From an uncultured bacterium (GTDB lineage: Bacteria > Planctomycetota > J058), in contig CALDQK010000390.1 in NCBI GenBank assembly GCA_937911525.1, forward strand, positions 1 to 41,194: 41,194 bases of DNA, read 5' to 3'. The notes beneath the pieces were generated by a model that ran no database searches, was not told the origin of the DNA, and was given only the letters and a program-made list of their open reading frames with translations. A program made the translations under genes and the position numbers. Shown here piece after piece: positions 1-10,457 of the stretch. Each line of letters begins with the position of its first letter. The first letter of the stretch is position 1.

Positions 1-1246
<1,246 letters not shown>

Positions 1247-1352
1247 GCTGCCTCGCCCCGCAGCTTAGCTGCCGCGGTTTGCATAGGGTATCCGTGAGCG
1301 AGCCCTCGAGGTGACGAATCCGCCCGAAGTCCAGCGTTTGCGAGGCCCGAGC

Positions 1353-1766
1353 CTACTCCTCCTGCAGCCGCTCCCGGGCCTCGCGCAGCCGGCGGCTGAT
1401 CTCATCTTCGGCGCTCAGGGCGGGAGCTGGAGTCGGGGACGCGGGGGCGGCCTTCTCCTGCTGGGCCCGAGCCGCCGCCTCGCGGCGCAGCTGGCGGAGC
1501 CGGCGCAGGTTGGGCTTGACCAGGATCACGACCTGGGCCCTGGGTCGGGCGAGCTGGCGGCTCTGCTTGCGCTCGAGGGCCGCGGCCATGCGCTGCCGCT
1601 TCGCCTCGATCGGATCGAGAGGCCGCTCGCTGCGGCGAGTCGGCGGGACGGGCGCAGGCTGGGCTTGTCGGCCCTGGGCCTCGAGCGCGGCCAACTTGGC
1701 GCGGCGCACGCGCTCGGTGTCTGCGATCCGCTGCCGCTGGGCTGCGAGCGGGTCTAGGTCGCTCAT
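1353..1766 (-). CDS. Hypothetical Arg/Ala-rich, probably helical protein
   Basis: ORF 1353..1826; the ATG at 1766 (MSDLDPLAAQRQR) is the more plausible start. Co-oriented with the downstream kinase; no recognisable domain. Confidence 0.6.
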   Translation of the reverse strand: MSDLDPLAAQRQRIADTERVRRAKLAALEAQGRQAQPAPVPPTRRSERPLDPIEAKRQRMAAALERKQSRQLARPRAQVVILVKPNLRRLRQLRREAAARAQQEKAAPASPTPAPALSAEDEISRRLREARERLQEE

Positions 1767-1840
1767 GCCTTCAGAATAGCGCCTCGAGAGCCAGCTAGAA
1801 CTCCTCCTGGGCGTCCGATTCCGCACCGGCGGGGGCTGAG

Positions 1841-4800
1841 GTGCCTCCGATTTGCTGGCCCTCCTTGCACGAGAGCCAGGCTGGCGCCGAAGATGGCCGC
1901 GTGAGTCTCCAAGGTGGCAGCTCCGAAGACCTCATGCTGAGCTCGTCCATGTCGGGCTCGGTGGTCGGCAAGCGTCTGGGCCCCTACGTCCTGCGCAAGC
2001 TGATCGCCGAAGGCGGCATGGGGACCGTCTACGACGCCTACCACGAGCGCCTCGAGCGCGAGGTGGCGCTCAAGACCCTCCGCAAGGACCAGGAGCAGTC
2101 CGAGGAGGACCTGCAGCGCTTCCTCAACGAGGCGCGCGCCGCCGCTCGGCTCAACCACCCCAACGTGGTCTCGGTGTTCGACGTGGGCGAGCACAAGAAC
2201 GTGCGCTACCTCGCCATGGAGCTGGTGCGCGGGCGGAGCCTCTTCGACCGGATCAAGAACGAGGGCGCGCTCGACCTGGCCGAGGCGGCCGAGATCGTGG
2301 CCAAGGCCTGCGACGGGCTGCAGCACGCGCACGACCTCGGGATCCTGCACCGCGACCTCAAGCCGGCCAACGTGCTCCTGCAGGCGCCCAGCGGCTTGCC
2401 GCGCCTGACCGACTTCGGCGTGGCCCGCGCGCCGGGCAACCAGCGCCTGACCAAGACCGGGATCGCCCTCGGCACGCCCAACTACATGTCGCCCGAGCAG
2501 GCCATGGGGCTCAACTCGGAGCTCGATGGGCGGAGCGACGTGTGGGCCATGGGAGCGGTGCTCTACGAGTGCCTGACGGGCTTCCCGCCCTTCAACTTGC
2601 CCAGCCAGCTGGAGACGATGCAGGCGGTGGTCTCCGACCCCGTCGTGCCCCCCAGCCAGCACCGAGGCGAGGTCGACGCGGACCTCGAGGCGATCGTGAT
2701 GCGCTGCCTCGCGAAGGAGCGCGAGGACCGCTACCCGGCGGCCAGTGAGCTGGCCGCCGACCTCCGCCGCTACGTCGCGGGCGAGCCCGTCCACGCGCGG
2801 CCGCGCGGGGCCTTCGAGCTGGCTCGCGACGGGCTGCGCGAGCACGTGCTCCTGGGGGCCGTCGCCGGCGCCGTCGCGGTCGCGGTCCTGATGCTGGCCT
2901 TCCTGGGCGGCGTGGTGCTCGGGATCCGGCGCGGGGGGGCTGAGGAAGGCGGCGGAGCGCTGGCGTGGCGGAGCGCGCGCCTGGCGGAGGTCGGGGCTGC
3001 CCTGGCCAAGCCCGGCCTCTTGGCCGACGAGCTCGGCGCGCTGCGGGCTCAGCTCGCCCCCGACGCGCTGCGGGAGAGGGCGCAGGCCGAGCTGGGACCC
3101 GTCGACGACCTGGAGGCGGCGCTGGCGCCGGAGGCCTGCCGCGCGGCGACCCGGGCGCTGCGAGCCCGGATCGCCTACTTGCTCGGGCGGGAGGGCGAGG
3201 CGAGTGACCTCGCCGCCCTGAGCGAGTGTGTGGAGGCGGCGCGCCTCGACCCGCGCAGCACCAGCGGCCGGGCGGCGCGACTCGCCGTGGCACGGGCGCT
3301 GGCAAGGCGCGGCGGCGAGGCCCTCGAGGTGGCGCGTGACGCCCTGGCCGCCCTGCGCGGCCAGGACGCGCAGGGCCGGGCGGCCGCGCTCCTCGAGGCT
3401 GAGCTGCTCCCGCCCGCCGAGTGGCGCGTCGCGGGGGCTCTGGCCAAGGGCGCGCTGGCGGGGGAGCTCGAGCCGGATGCCCGGGAGCGGGCGACCTTGC
3501 TGCGCGCCCTCGGTGAAGTGCTCGGCGCGGGCGCGCCGCTCCCCGCGGGCGAGGTGTCCTTCCTCCGCTCCAAGGAGGGCCCGCGGGTCGTCTCCCTGGA
3601 GAACGAGAAGCTGCTGCGCGTCTCGACCCTGGCGGGGGTGGAGGTCCAGCGCCTGCGGGTCGCCGCTCCGGTGGCCTTTTTCCGCACGGGAGACACCAAC
3701 GGCGACGGCACCGGCGAGCTCGTGATGGTCGTTCAGGGCAAGCAGAACCAGGTCGGGATCGCCGCGATCGGGCTGGGCGAGAACGCGGTCAAGACCCGCT
3801 TCGCGGTCAAGCTCCCCACGCCGACGGCCTTCGCGCTCGGCCAGCTCGACGGGACGGGCGGCGACGAGCTGGTGGCCCTCAGCGACGACGCGCAGCAGTG
3901 CGGGGTCGTGTGGAGCAACAAGGCGGTGAGGCTGATCGAGGAGAGCGAGCGCGGCCCCACGCTCGAGGGGCTCGCGATCGCGGACCTCGACGGAGACGGA
4001 AAGGAGGAGGTGCTCTGCGGGAGCGGTCGCGCAGGCGAGGGAGACCTGCGGGTGTTCGGCTTCGCCAAGGGCGCCATGACCGAGCAGGCGCGCCTCCCCC
4101 TGGGGAGGGTGCGTTGGCTGCGCGCGACGCGCCTCGTCGGTGGTCAGGGCGCGCTCGCCGCCTACGAGGGCGAAGCCGGGCTGGAGCTGGCCGTGATCGG
4201 CGCGGGCCAGAGCGGGCCCGCCGTGCTGGCGCGCTGGCCGCTCCCCCAGGAGGGCCTGGTCACCGACCTCCGCGCGGCCGTGCTCCACCTCGGCGACGCG
4301 GGCACCTGGCTGGCCCGGGCCTGGAGCTCGCAGCTGGGCTGGCACCTGCAGCTCGTGTCCCTCGGCGAGCTCCTCGCCGGCGGGCCGCGCGCGGTCCTCG
4401 ACCAGCGGCTCCCGAGTCCCCCGCCTGGGTATCCGCGCTTCTACAGCTGCCAGGTCGACGACGACCCCGAGAGCGAGCTGGTGATCGGGGATCGGCTGCT
4501 CGGCGTCGGCCCCAAGGACCTGCCCAGCCCGCCCGCGGCGGTCGAGCTGCCGGCGGCCCCAGATCTCCGCCTCGACGAGGAGGCGGCGCGTCAGCTCAGC
4601 GCGTTGGGCGCCTCGGGCGAGGGCTCTGAGCTGCCTTTCGCCGCGCGGGCCGACGTGTGGCTGCGGGCCGCTCGCCTGAGCGAGGACCAGGCCCGGAGGG
4701 CCTTTGCGCTCGGGGAGCTGGAGTCGGCCCGCCGAGCGAGCGAGCGCGCTCAGGGGGAGGCGCGCGCGCTGCTCGCCAGCGCGCGAGAGGCGATCTCCAA

Positions 4801-6589
4801 ACAGGGCGGCTCCTTCGAGGTGCTCGTCCTCGCGACCCTCGCCGCAGAGCTGGCCGAGGACGAGCCCGCGGCCCAGGAGCTGCTCAGTCAGGCTCGTCAG
4901 GCGGCGCGTACCCTGGCCGAGCGGGCGGCCCTGCGCTCCCTGGAGGAGGAGGTCGGCGGACTCGCCAGCCCGCAGCGAGCGGAGGTCGACCTGACCCAGC
5001 CCAGCGGGCACGCGCTCTTTGGCATGACTCAGGCCCTGGACGGGCGAATGGACAAGGAGGGCCTGACCCTCTACGCCAGCGGGCGGGGGACCCAGTGCGT
5101 GTTGACGCCCCTGGGGACCTCTTCGGCAAATGCCCTGCAGCCGCCGCTGGAGCTCGAGGCGCAGGTCACGCTGCAGGGGCACGCCCACGACTGCCGCGTG
5201 CTCGTGGGGGCCTTGCCGGCCTTCAGCGGCACGACCAGCGCCGGCGCCGCCAGCGGCGCGCTCAGCTTCTACGAGCGGGGGACGGGGATCGAGCTCTGGC
5301 TCTACGACCCCGAGGGCGAGCGCCGCGCCCTGGCCCGGATCCTGGTCGACGGGCGCCCCCTCGGGGGGCTGCACCCGCTCCCGAGCCTGCGCGGGAAGCT
5401 CCAGCTGAGTCTGGTCCTGCGGCCCCTCGGGCGCGAGTTGGTCGGAGAGCTGCGCGTGCGCGACGGCGAAGGTCGGGAGCTGCTGCGCGCGCGCGACCGC
5501 CGGGCGCTCGCCTTCCCCGCCGAGCTGAGCTACCTGGGGATCGTCTCGCCTGGCGGGGGGAGCTCCGTCGAGACGCGGGCCTGGGCTCGCGAGACGCGCC
5601 TGCGCCTCGAGCGGCTCGAGCTCGGGCTCGGGAGCGCGGTCACGCTCTCGACGGGTCCACCTGCCAACTACGTGCCCCAGTCCTGCTTCGCCCGCGGCGA
5701 CGACGCGGGGGCGATCACTGCCGCTCGTCCGGGGACGGGCACCGCGGGCATCGCCCACCTGCTCGTGAGGGCCCTGGCCCGGGGCCGGAGCGGCGATATC
5801 CCGGGCGGGTTGACCGACCTGCTCGCGGTGGGCCAGCGCTCCCCCATGCACCTGGGGCTCTTCCTGGATCAGAGCGCGACCTGGATCCAGCGCGACCCCC
5901 GCGACCGCGAGCTGGTGGCGCGCTTCCTCCTCCAGCTGCGCGGCGCGAGCACGAGCGCGCCCGCCCTCGCGACCCTCGCGCGGCAGCTCCTGGGAGAGGT
6001 CAGCGCCTACGTCTCGCCCGACGACACCCCCACGGCCTCGGGCAAGCTCCTGGCGGCCTATCTCTCCTTCCGTCGGATCGGCGTCGACGACACGGAGCGC
6101 TGGCAGCACTGGCAGCGCTACGGGTCGAGCTTTCAGCTGGACAACCTGCCCTGGACGCGGCTGCCCAACGTGCTGCCCTCTCTCCCAGGCGAGCTGAGCG
6201 ACGAGGCGGCGGCCAAGCTCTGGGACAAGGCGCCCGAGGGGACGCCGCTCGCCAAGCGCTGGGTCCAGTATCAGCGCGCCCACGCGGGGCGCCCCGGGCG
6301 GCCTGAGCCCCTGCTGCGCCTCGCGGAGCTCTGCGAGGAGCTCGAGCTCTACGGCATGGCCGAGGACTACTACATGCAGGCCTTGGACTCGGCGGGAGCG
6401 GGCGCGCTGCGCCAGGAGATCCTGGTCGCGATCGCGCGCTGCTACGTGGAGCTCTGGGTGCCTCAGCGGGCGATCGACGCCCTCGAGCAGGCGATCGAGA
6501 GCGGTCGAGGCGTCGCCGGGCTCGAGACCCAGTTCCCCAGCCTGGCCTCCCGGGAGCGCTTCCGAGCCCTGCTCGAGAAGAAAAGGTGA
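1841..6589 (+). CDS. Large membrane-anchored Ser/Thr kinase with FG-GAP/VCBS-like repeats and TPR-like helical regions
   Basis: N-terminal kinase (IAEGGMGTVY, VALKTL, HRDLKPANVL, DFGVAR, GTPNYMSPEQ), hydrophobic TM segment (VLLGAVAGAVAVAVLMLAFLGGVVLGI), Ca-binding-type repeats GDTNGDGTGELV, QLDGTGGDELV, DLDGDGKEEV, QVDDDPESELV, and a TPR-like C-terminus. True start is probably GTG 1901 or ATG 1935. Confidence 0.9.
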   Translation: MPPICWPSLHESQAGAEDGRVSLQGGSSEDLMLSSSMSGSVVGKRLGPYVLRKLIAEGGMGTVYDAYHERLEREVALKTLRKDQEQSEEDLQRFLNEARAAARLNHPNVVSVFDVGEHKNVRYLAMELVRGRSLFDRIKNEGALDLAEAAEIVAKACDGLQHAHDLGILHRDLKPANVLLQAPSGLPRLTDFGVARAPGNQRLTKTGIALGTPNYMSPEQAMGLNSELDGRSDVWAMGAVLYECLTGFPPFNLPSQLETMQAVVSDPVVPPSQHRGEVDADLEAIVMRCLAKEREDRYPAASELAADLRRYVAGEPVHARPRGAFELARDGLREHVLLGAVAGAVAVAVLMLAFLGGVVLGIRRGGAEEGGGALAWRSARLAEVGAALAKPGLLADELGALRAQLAPDALRERAQAELGPVDDLEAALAPEACRAATRALRARIAYLLGREGEASDLAALSECVEAARLDPRSTSGRAARLAVARALARRGGEALEVARDALAALRGQDAQGRAAALLEAELLPPAEWRVAGALAKGALAGELEPDARERATLLRALGEVLGAGAPLPAGEVSFLRSKEGPRVVSLENEKLLRVSTLAGVEVQRLRVAAPVAFFRTGDTNGDGTGELVMVVQGKQNQVGIAAIGLGENAVKTRFAVKLPTPTAFALGQLDGTGGDELVALSDDAQQCGVVWSNKAVRLIEESERGPTLEGLAIADLDGDGKEEVLCGSGRAGEGDLRVFGFAKGAMTEQARLPLGRVRWLRATRLVGGQGALAAYEGEAGLELAVIGAGQSGPAVLARWPLPQEGLVTDLRAAVLHLGDAGTWLARAWSSQLGWHLQLVSLGELLAGGPRAVLDQRLPSPPPGYPRFYSCQVDDDPESELVIGDRLLGVGPKDLPSPPAAVELPAAPDLRLDEEAARQLSALGASGEGSELPFAARADVWLRAARLSEDQARRAFALGELESARRASERAQGEARALLASAREAISKQGGSFEVLVLATLAAELAEDEPAAQELLSQARQAARTLAERAALRSLEEEVGGLASPQRAEVDLTQPSGHALFGMTQALDGRMDKEGLTLYASGRGTQCVLTPLGTSSANALQPPLELEAQVTLQGHAHDCRVLVGALPAFSGTTSAGAASGALSFYERGTGIELWLYDPEGERRALARILVDGRPLGGLHPLPSLRGKLQLSLVLRPLGRELVGELRVRDGEGRELLRARDRRALAFPAELSYLGIVSPGGGSSVETRAWARETRLRLERLELGLGSAVTLSTGPPANYVPQSCFARGDDAGAITAARPGTGTAGIAHLLVRALARGRSGDIPGGLTDLLAVGQRSPMHLGLFLDQSATWIQRDPRDRELVARFLLQLRGASTSAPALATLARQLLGEVSAYVSPDDTPTASGKLLAAYLSFRRIGVDDTERWQHWQRYGSSFQLDNLPWTRLPNVLPSLPGELSDEAAAKLWDKAPEGTPLAKRWVQYQRAHAGRPGRPEPLLRLAELCEELELYGMAEDYYMQALDSAGAGALRQEILVAIARCYVELWVPQRAIDALEQAIESGRGVAGLETQFPSLASRERFRALLEKKR

Positions 6590-6624
6590 CCCGCTGGTGA
6601 CGCAGGGGGGCTAGGATCCGCGCC

Positions 6625-7389
6625 ATGAAGCGACCCCGCCCCCTCTTCCTGCTGCTCCTGCCCCTCCTCCTCCCGCTCTCGGGCTGCTTCGGCGGCGACA
6701 CGATCGAGCCGATCTACGAGATCCCCGACAACGAGTACTGCGTCGTGTTTCCGGCTCGGGAGCCAGGCTCCAAGTCGCCCTGGACCTCGACGATCGGCCA
6801 CCAGGTCAGCGAGGCTGCCTCGCGCCGGCTGGAGGCGGCCGCGGAGTTCCACACCGTGCCCTACGGCGAGGTGATCGAGCTGATGTACGCCGAGCCGAGC
6901 AAGGAGGCCAAGAAGGGCAACGACGACGAAGTCGGGGTCGACGTGACCAAGATCACGCCCGAGAAGCTGGCCGAGCTGACCGGCGCCGATTGGGTGATCG
7001 TGATCGACATCGTGGCCTTCCAGGAGAAGGACCCCAACACGATCAACCTGACCAAGGCGACGGGAACCGCCGACGTCAAGCTGTTCAAGATCGTGAAGTC
7101 GACCAAGGAGCGCAAGAAGGCCAAGGAGCTCTCCGAGCGGGAGCGCAAGCGCGACGAGGCCCGCCGCAGGATCGGCCTTCCGCCCGTGGGCGCGGCGCCC
7201 GACGGCGGCAAGTGGGTGGCGCAGGAGACGGTCAACGCGCGCTATCCCAAGAACTTCTTTGGACAGTACGGCGAGACCTTCATGGATCCCGTCGAGGCTC
7301 GCCGCGGCCTGATCGAGGCCCTCGGCAAGAAGTCGGCCGAGCTCTTCTACGAGCACGAGCGGGAGGACACTCCCGGGTCGGGTAACTAG
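6625..7389 (+). CDS. Putative lipoprotein of unknown function
   Basis: Signal peptide MKRPRPLFLLLLPLLLPLSG-C with lipobox; strongly GC3-biased codons. Confidence 0.85.
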   Translation: MKRPRPLFLLLLPLLLPLSGCFGGDTIEPIYEIPDNEYCVVFPAREPGSKSPWTSTIGHQVSEAASRRLEAAAEFHTVPYGEVIELMYAEPSKEAKKGNDDEVGVDVTKITPEKLAELTGADWVIVIDIVAFQEKDPNTINLTKATGTADVKLFKIVKSTKERKKAKELSERERKRDEARRRIGLPPVGAAPDGGKWVAQETVNARYPKNFFGQYGETFMDPVEARRGLIEALGKKSAELFYEHEREDTPGSGN

Positions 7390-7420
7390 GGTTCGAGTCA
7401 GCCCGCTGCGGGCAGCACGA

Positions 7421-7447
7421 GGAGCCGTCGCGACCCGCGACGGCTCC
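7421..7447. other. Perfect 12-bp hairpin (terminator or transposon-end hairpin)
   Basis: GGAGCCGTCGCG-ACC-CGCGACGGCTCC, between the lipoprotein stop and the Y1 transposase remnant; a second imperfect hairpin GACGAAACGAACG-CC-CGTTCGTTCGTC lies at about 7524-7551. Confidence 0.55.
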
Positions 7448-7611
7448 TTGGCGTTGGTTGAGCGTCCCACCGCGACGAACCGCACCTGAGATCGGGTGGG
7501 CAGATGTTGCCCGTCGACCTCCTCGACGAAACGAACGCCCGTTCGTTCGTCGCCGTCGCCAAAGGGATTAGGTCCCCGCCCCTCGGCCCCCCCTTTGCCC
7601 GCCCCTCCGGC

Positions 7612-7989
7612 ATGAGCCTCGCCCGCCGCCTCTTGCCCAACCAGGCCCACGCGATCAGTCGTCGCTGCGCGGGCCGGTGTTTCTTCCTGGTCCCGAACGA
7701 GTGGACGAACCAGCTGGTCGGCTACTGCTTGGCCGTGGCCAACGAGCGCTACCACCGGGTCCAGATTCACGCCCTGGTGGCCATGTCGAACCACTTCGAG
7801 ATCGTCGCGACCGACGCCTACGACGCAGGCCAGCAGAGCCACCTGCCCAGGTTCTTCAACTACGCCAATTCCTTGATCGCCAAGGCCATGAACCACCGCC
7901 TCGGTCGCGGGGAGAACTTCTGGGCGCCCGGTTCCTACCGCAGCACCGAGATCCACGGCGAGGAGGCGCTCCGGGATCGGCTGGTCTAC
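7612..7989 (+). pseudogene. Truncated Y1/HUH (IS200-like, RAYT-type) transposase
   Basis: MSLARRLLPNQAHAISRRCAGRCFFLVP...IHALVAMSNHFEIV...IAKAMNHRLGRGENFWAPGSY...RLVY follows the RAYT/Y1_Tnp pattern. Similarity and GC3 bias stop at about the catalytic Tyr; the expected NPV motif is missing and the ORF reads into unrelated DNA to 8094. Confidence 0.75.
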
Positions 7990-8472
7990 AGACGATGTGC
8001 CCTCTCCGATAACAACGGCGACGTCGAAGAAATCGATCGCAATCGCATGCGGTGCAAAGGCTTGAGGACTCGACTCGGCTTTACGCCCTCGTAGTATCAG
8101 TTGCGGACAGCCGAACTCTACTCGAGAGGCCTCCAGTCCAAGCCATGTCTCCCTCGACCCAAGGGCAGCTGATTGGAGGGAAACAGCTTCGCCCCCACTA
8201 CACCCAGGCAAACTGGCCGCCAGGCTGTTCGCTATTTGGCCAGGTCTCGCCAGCTAGCCCGCTTGCCTCGTGGCAGTTGGCTAGTAGCGTCCGGCTGCGT
8301 CCCTCGGACCTCGTCGCCTGCGCAGGTCGAAGCCAGCGAACCCGCTGCGCCCCACCGGCCGGTGCCTGCTGTGGGTGCCAACTCATCCTGGTGCGGCACG
8401 CCGTCCCGCGTTAGGGGCAACCGCGCACGCGCGATTACTGAAGCGATATCGCCGCTGTCGACAGCTGCCGTG

Positions 8473-8790
8473 TCAATAGTTGCTGGTTCCAGCCAGTAGC
8501 TGGTTAGTGTCGTCGATCACGTTGTCGTAGTGAAGCAGCGATATCCTGGGATTGCTCGCTCTCCGCATGCGTCTGACGCGGTACGTGCGTTCATTGAAAT
8601 CGCTGCGCCGTCCGGCGATCACGACGTAGTGGAACCTAAATGGACCTGTCGAAATGGCGAAACTCACCTGGCAGAGATGCTTCAGGGCGCTTGCATTTCA
8701 CAAGTACCTGCTCAAAGCCCGGCATAGTGGGCTTGAAGCCACGAATCCCAGTTCTCGATCTGCCTGATCCCCTTCCGGAATGCGTCACCT
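8473..8790 (-). pseudogene. Frameshifted C-terminal remnant of a DUF4263 (Shedu SduA-like) nuclease
   Basis: Three frames join into LGDAFRKGIRQIENWDSWLQAHY / FEQVLVKCKRPEASLPGEFRHFDRS / RFHYVVIAGRRSDFNERTYR...ISLLHYDNVID. QxxxW, GRR and YD motifs recall DUF4263. The 5' part is replaced by an IS1380 end. Confidence 0.6.
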
Positions 8791-8793
8791 AGA

Positions 8794-9400
8794 CTAGCCC
8801 GCTTCGCTCACCATTAGTGCTCGAGCGGTAGCAGCGCCTTGCCAAGGCGCTCGCCGAGGCCAGGCGGGAGGCGGCCGAGTCGATCACGCTCGGTGATGCG
8901 CATATGGGACAGAAGTCTGCCGCGGCAGACAGTCCTCTGGCCCGACGCCCTCGGGCGCAGGGATCGTCCCGCTTGCGTCGCGTGCACTACATAACGACTA
9001 CAGGGCGCATAGAGAGTCGTTCATGGACTTCCGCGAACGCTCTTGCGAAGGGACATGTCGAGGAGAGCCTGACCCAGACTCTTCGGACGGTGACCTCGAT
9101 CCGCGCAGCGATCTTCAGGAGCTTGACGCGGATCGTGTCCGCTCTTGACTTGCTCAGGCTTGTTCCTGTCAGCCCCAGGTCGCGAAGGGCCTGGACAAGG
9201 ACGTAGGCGAGGCCTGAGAGGTAGAGCCGGATCTGGTTCGCGTGGATCGAAGCTGAGCTCGTCCGCGTCCCGAAGAGATAGAGCTGCTGCTCCTTGATCC
9301 GGTTCTCCATTTCGCCGCGAGGGCAGTAGCCGTGCTCGTAGAGGACGTGGTCCGCAACTTCTTCACGGCTCAGCGAGGTCACCACGAAGCGCGGGTTCCT
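8794..9400 (-). mobile_element. IS1380-family remnant (right end plus 3' part of transposase)
   Basis: Transposase C-terminus below, plus terminal sequence GGTGAGCGAAGCGGG-CTAG on the minus strand at 8794-8812, resembling IS1380-type right ends as I recall them. Confidence 0.75.
8987..9400 (-). pseudogene. IS1380-family DDE transposase, C-terminal fragment
   Basis: NPRFVVTSL...LYEHGYCPRGEMENRIKEQQLYLFGTRTSS...ANQIRLYLSGLAYVL...TIRVKLLKIAARI, the characteristic IS1380 C-terminus; N-terminal two thirds absent. Confidence 0.9.
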
Positions 9401-9551
9401 GCCGGTCCGCGTCGCGCCGCCGCTCGCGCCGCCCTCGTCAAGAGACTTCGAGCTCTCCCTCCCGGGCGGCCTCGAGCTGCGAATTCCCGCCGGCTTCGAC
9501 TCCGGCGACTTCGACCGCCTGCTTGGTGTCCTCGCGCGTCACTCGTGCTGA
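9393..9551 (+). pseudogene. tnpA: IS66 accessory protein TnpA, C-terminal fragment
   Basis: FLPVRVAPP...FELSLPGGLELRIPAGFDSGDFDRLLGVL; the stop overlaps the tnpB start as in IS66. Confidence 0.75.
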
Positions 9552-9913
9552 GCGTCGCGCCGGGCGTCCGGGTCTACCTGGCCGTCGGGATTACAGACAT
9601 GCGGAAGTCCTTCACGGGGCTCGCCGGCCTCGCTCAGCAAGCGATCGGTCAGGACCCGACCTCGGGTCACCTCTTCGCCTTCTGCAATCGGCGGCGAAAT
9701 CTGGTCAAGGTCCTGTTCTGGGACGGGAGCGGCTTCGTCCTCCTCGCCAAGCGCCTGGAGCGAGGCACCTTCGCCTGGCCCAAGCCCGAGAAGGACGCCG
9801 CTCACGTCATCCTGACCGGTGAGGAGCTGAGCTGGATCTTTGGTGGCTTGGATCTCAGCCAAGCTCAGCGCCGGACTTGGTGGCGGCGCGAGCCACGGCT
9901 GGCAGGAGGATAG
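9545..9913 (+). CDS. tnpB: IS66-family accessory protein TnpB (Orf2)
   Basis: From GTG 9545: VYLAVGITDMRKSFTGLAGL...DPTSGHLFAFCNRRRNLVKVLFWDGSGFVLLAKRLERGTFAWP, the canonical IS66 TnpB motifs. Confidence 0.95.
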   Translation: MLSVAPGVRVYLAVGITDMRKSFTGLAGLAQQAIGQDPTSGHLFAFCNRRRNLVKVLFWDGSGFVLLAKRLERGTFAWPKPEKDAAHVILTGEELSWIFGGLDLSQAQRRTWWRREPRLAGG

Positions 9914-10030
9914 CTCTCGCCCAGATCCCGAAATCGAAAGCTCGTGTGGCACGCTTCTGAGGAGCAGGCTGGCGGAAGGACGCCCGCCGTGTGATTTCGA
10001 TTTGGCATCCTTTCTGCAAGGCGTCTTCGC

Positions 10031-10180
10031 GTGACAGACTTCGAAGCCCAGATCGCAGAGCTCCGGCGCGCACTTGCTGACAAGGACGCCAAGCTCGCCG
10101 CAGCCGAAGCCAAGCTCTCGGCGCAGAAGGCCGTCGCGGCTCGCCTGGGCAAGGACGCGGAGGACAAGGCCGCCAACTAG
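10031..10180 (+). pseudogene. Probable N-terminal coiled-coil stub of IS66 transposase TnpC
   Basis: 49-aa coiled coil (MTDFEAQIAELRRALADKDAKLAAAEAKL...) directly after tnpB, where tnpC is expected; stops early at TAG. Confidence 0.5.
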
Positions 10181-10371
10181 GCGCCTTCCTGCTGCGCCGG
10201 CTCACCTTCGTGCTGGACGCCAACGCTCGAGCTCAGGCCGAGTAGATCCACGCGAGCTTGGCGGGCCCCTTCCAGGCCGCCTCCACGCTAACGAAGCTGA
10301 CCAGCGTAGTCGGCTTCCCCTCTTGGCTCGCCGCCTCGAGCTTGGCGGTCGTCGAGGACGCCCGGAACCAC

Positions 10372-10404
10372 GAAAGAGGGCCGTCAGGAGCGTTCCTGAC
10401 GGCC
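10372..10404 (-). terminator. Intrinsic terminator downstream of the tRNA-Gly fragment
   Basis: 11-bp stem GGCCGTCAGGA-N4-TCCTGACGGCC (10379-10404) followed on the minus strand by CTCTTTC, 11 nt after the tRNA 3' end. Confidence 0.7.
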
Positions 10405-10415
10405 TTCGCGTTACA

Positions 10416-10457
10416 AGCGGGCGAAGGGGATCGAACCCTCAACCCTCAGCTTGGGAA
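10416..10457 (-). other. 3' half of tRNA-Gly(CCC); att-site duplication of an integrative element
   Basis: Minus strand TTCCCAA-GCTGA-GGGTT-GAGGG-TTCGATC-CCCTT-CGCCCGC-T = anticodon loop, 3' anticodon stem, T-arm and acceptor 3' strand. The upstream sequence cannot form the 5' anticodon stem, D-arm or acceptor 5' strand. Confidence 0.85.

Noticed and set aside
1763-6283. 1506-aa minus-strand ORF (also 6463-8211, 10669-11763, 36763-38070, 37980-39338, 39351-40415)
   Set aside because: Antisense shadows of well-supported genes with recognisable motifs on the other strand.
7995-8470. Several 60-120 aa ORFs
   Set aside because: No motifs, RBS or consistent codon bias; treated as unassignable debris.
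9545-9913. TnpB as an RNA-guided (IS200/IS605) nuclease
   Set aside because: This is the unrelated 122-aa IS66 accessory TnpB; no RuvC or zinc-finger motifs.
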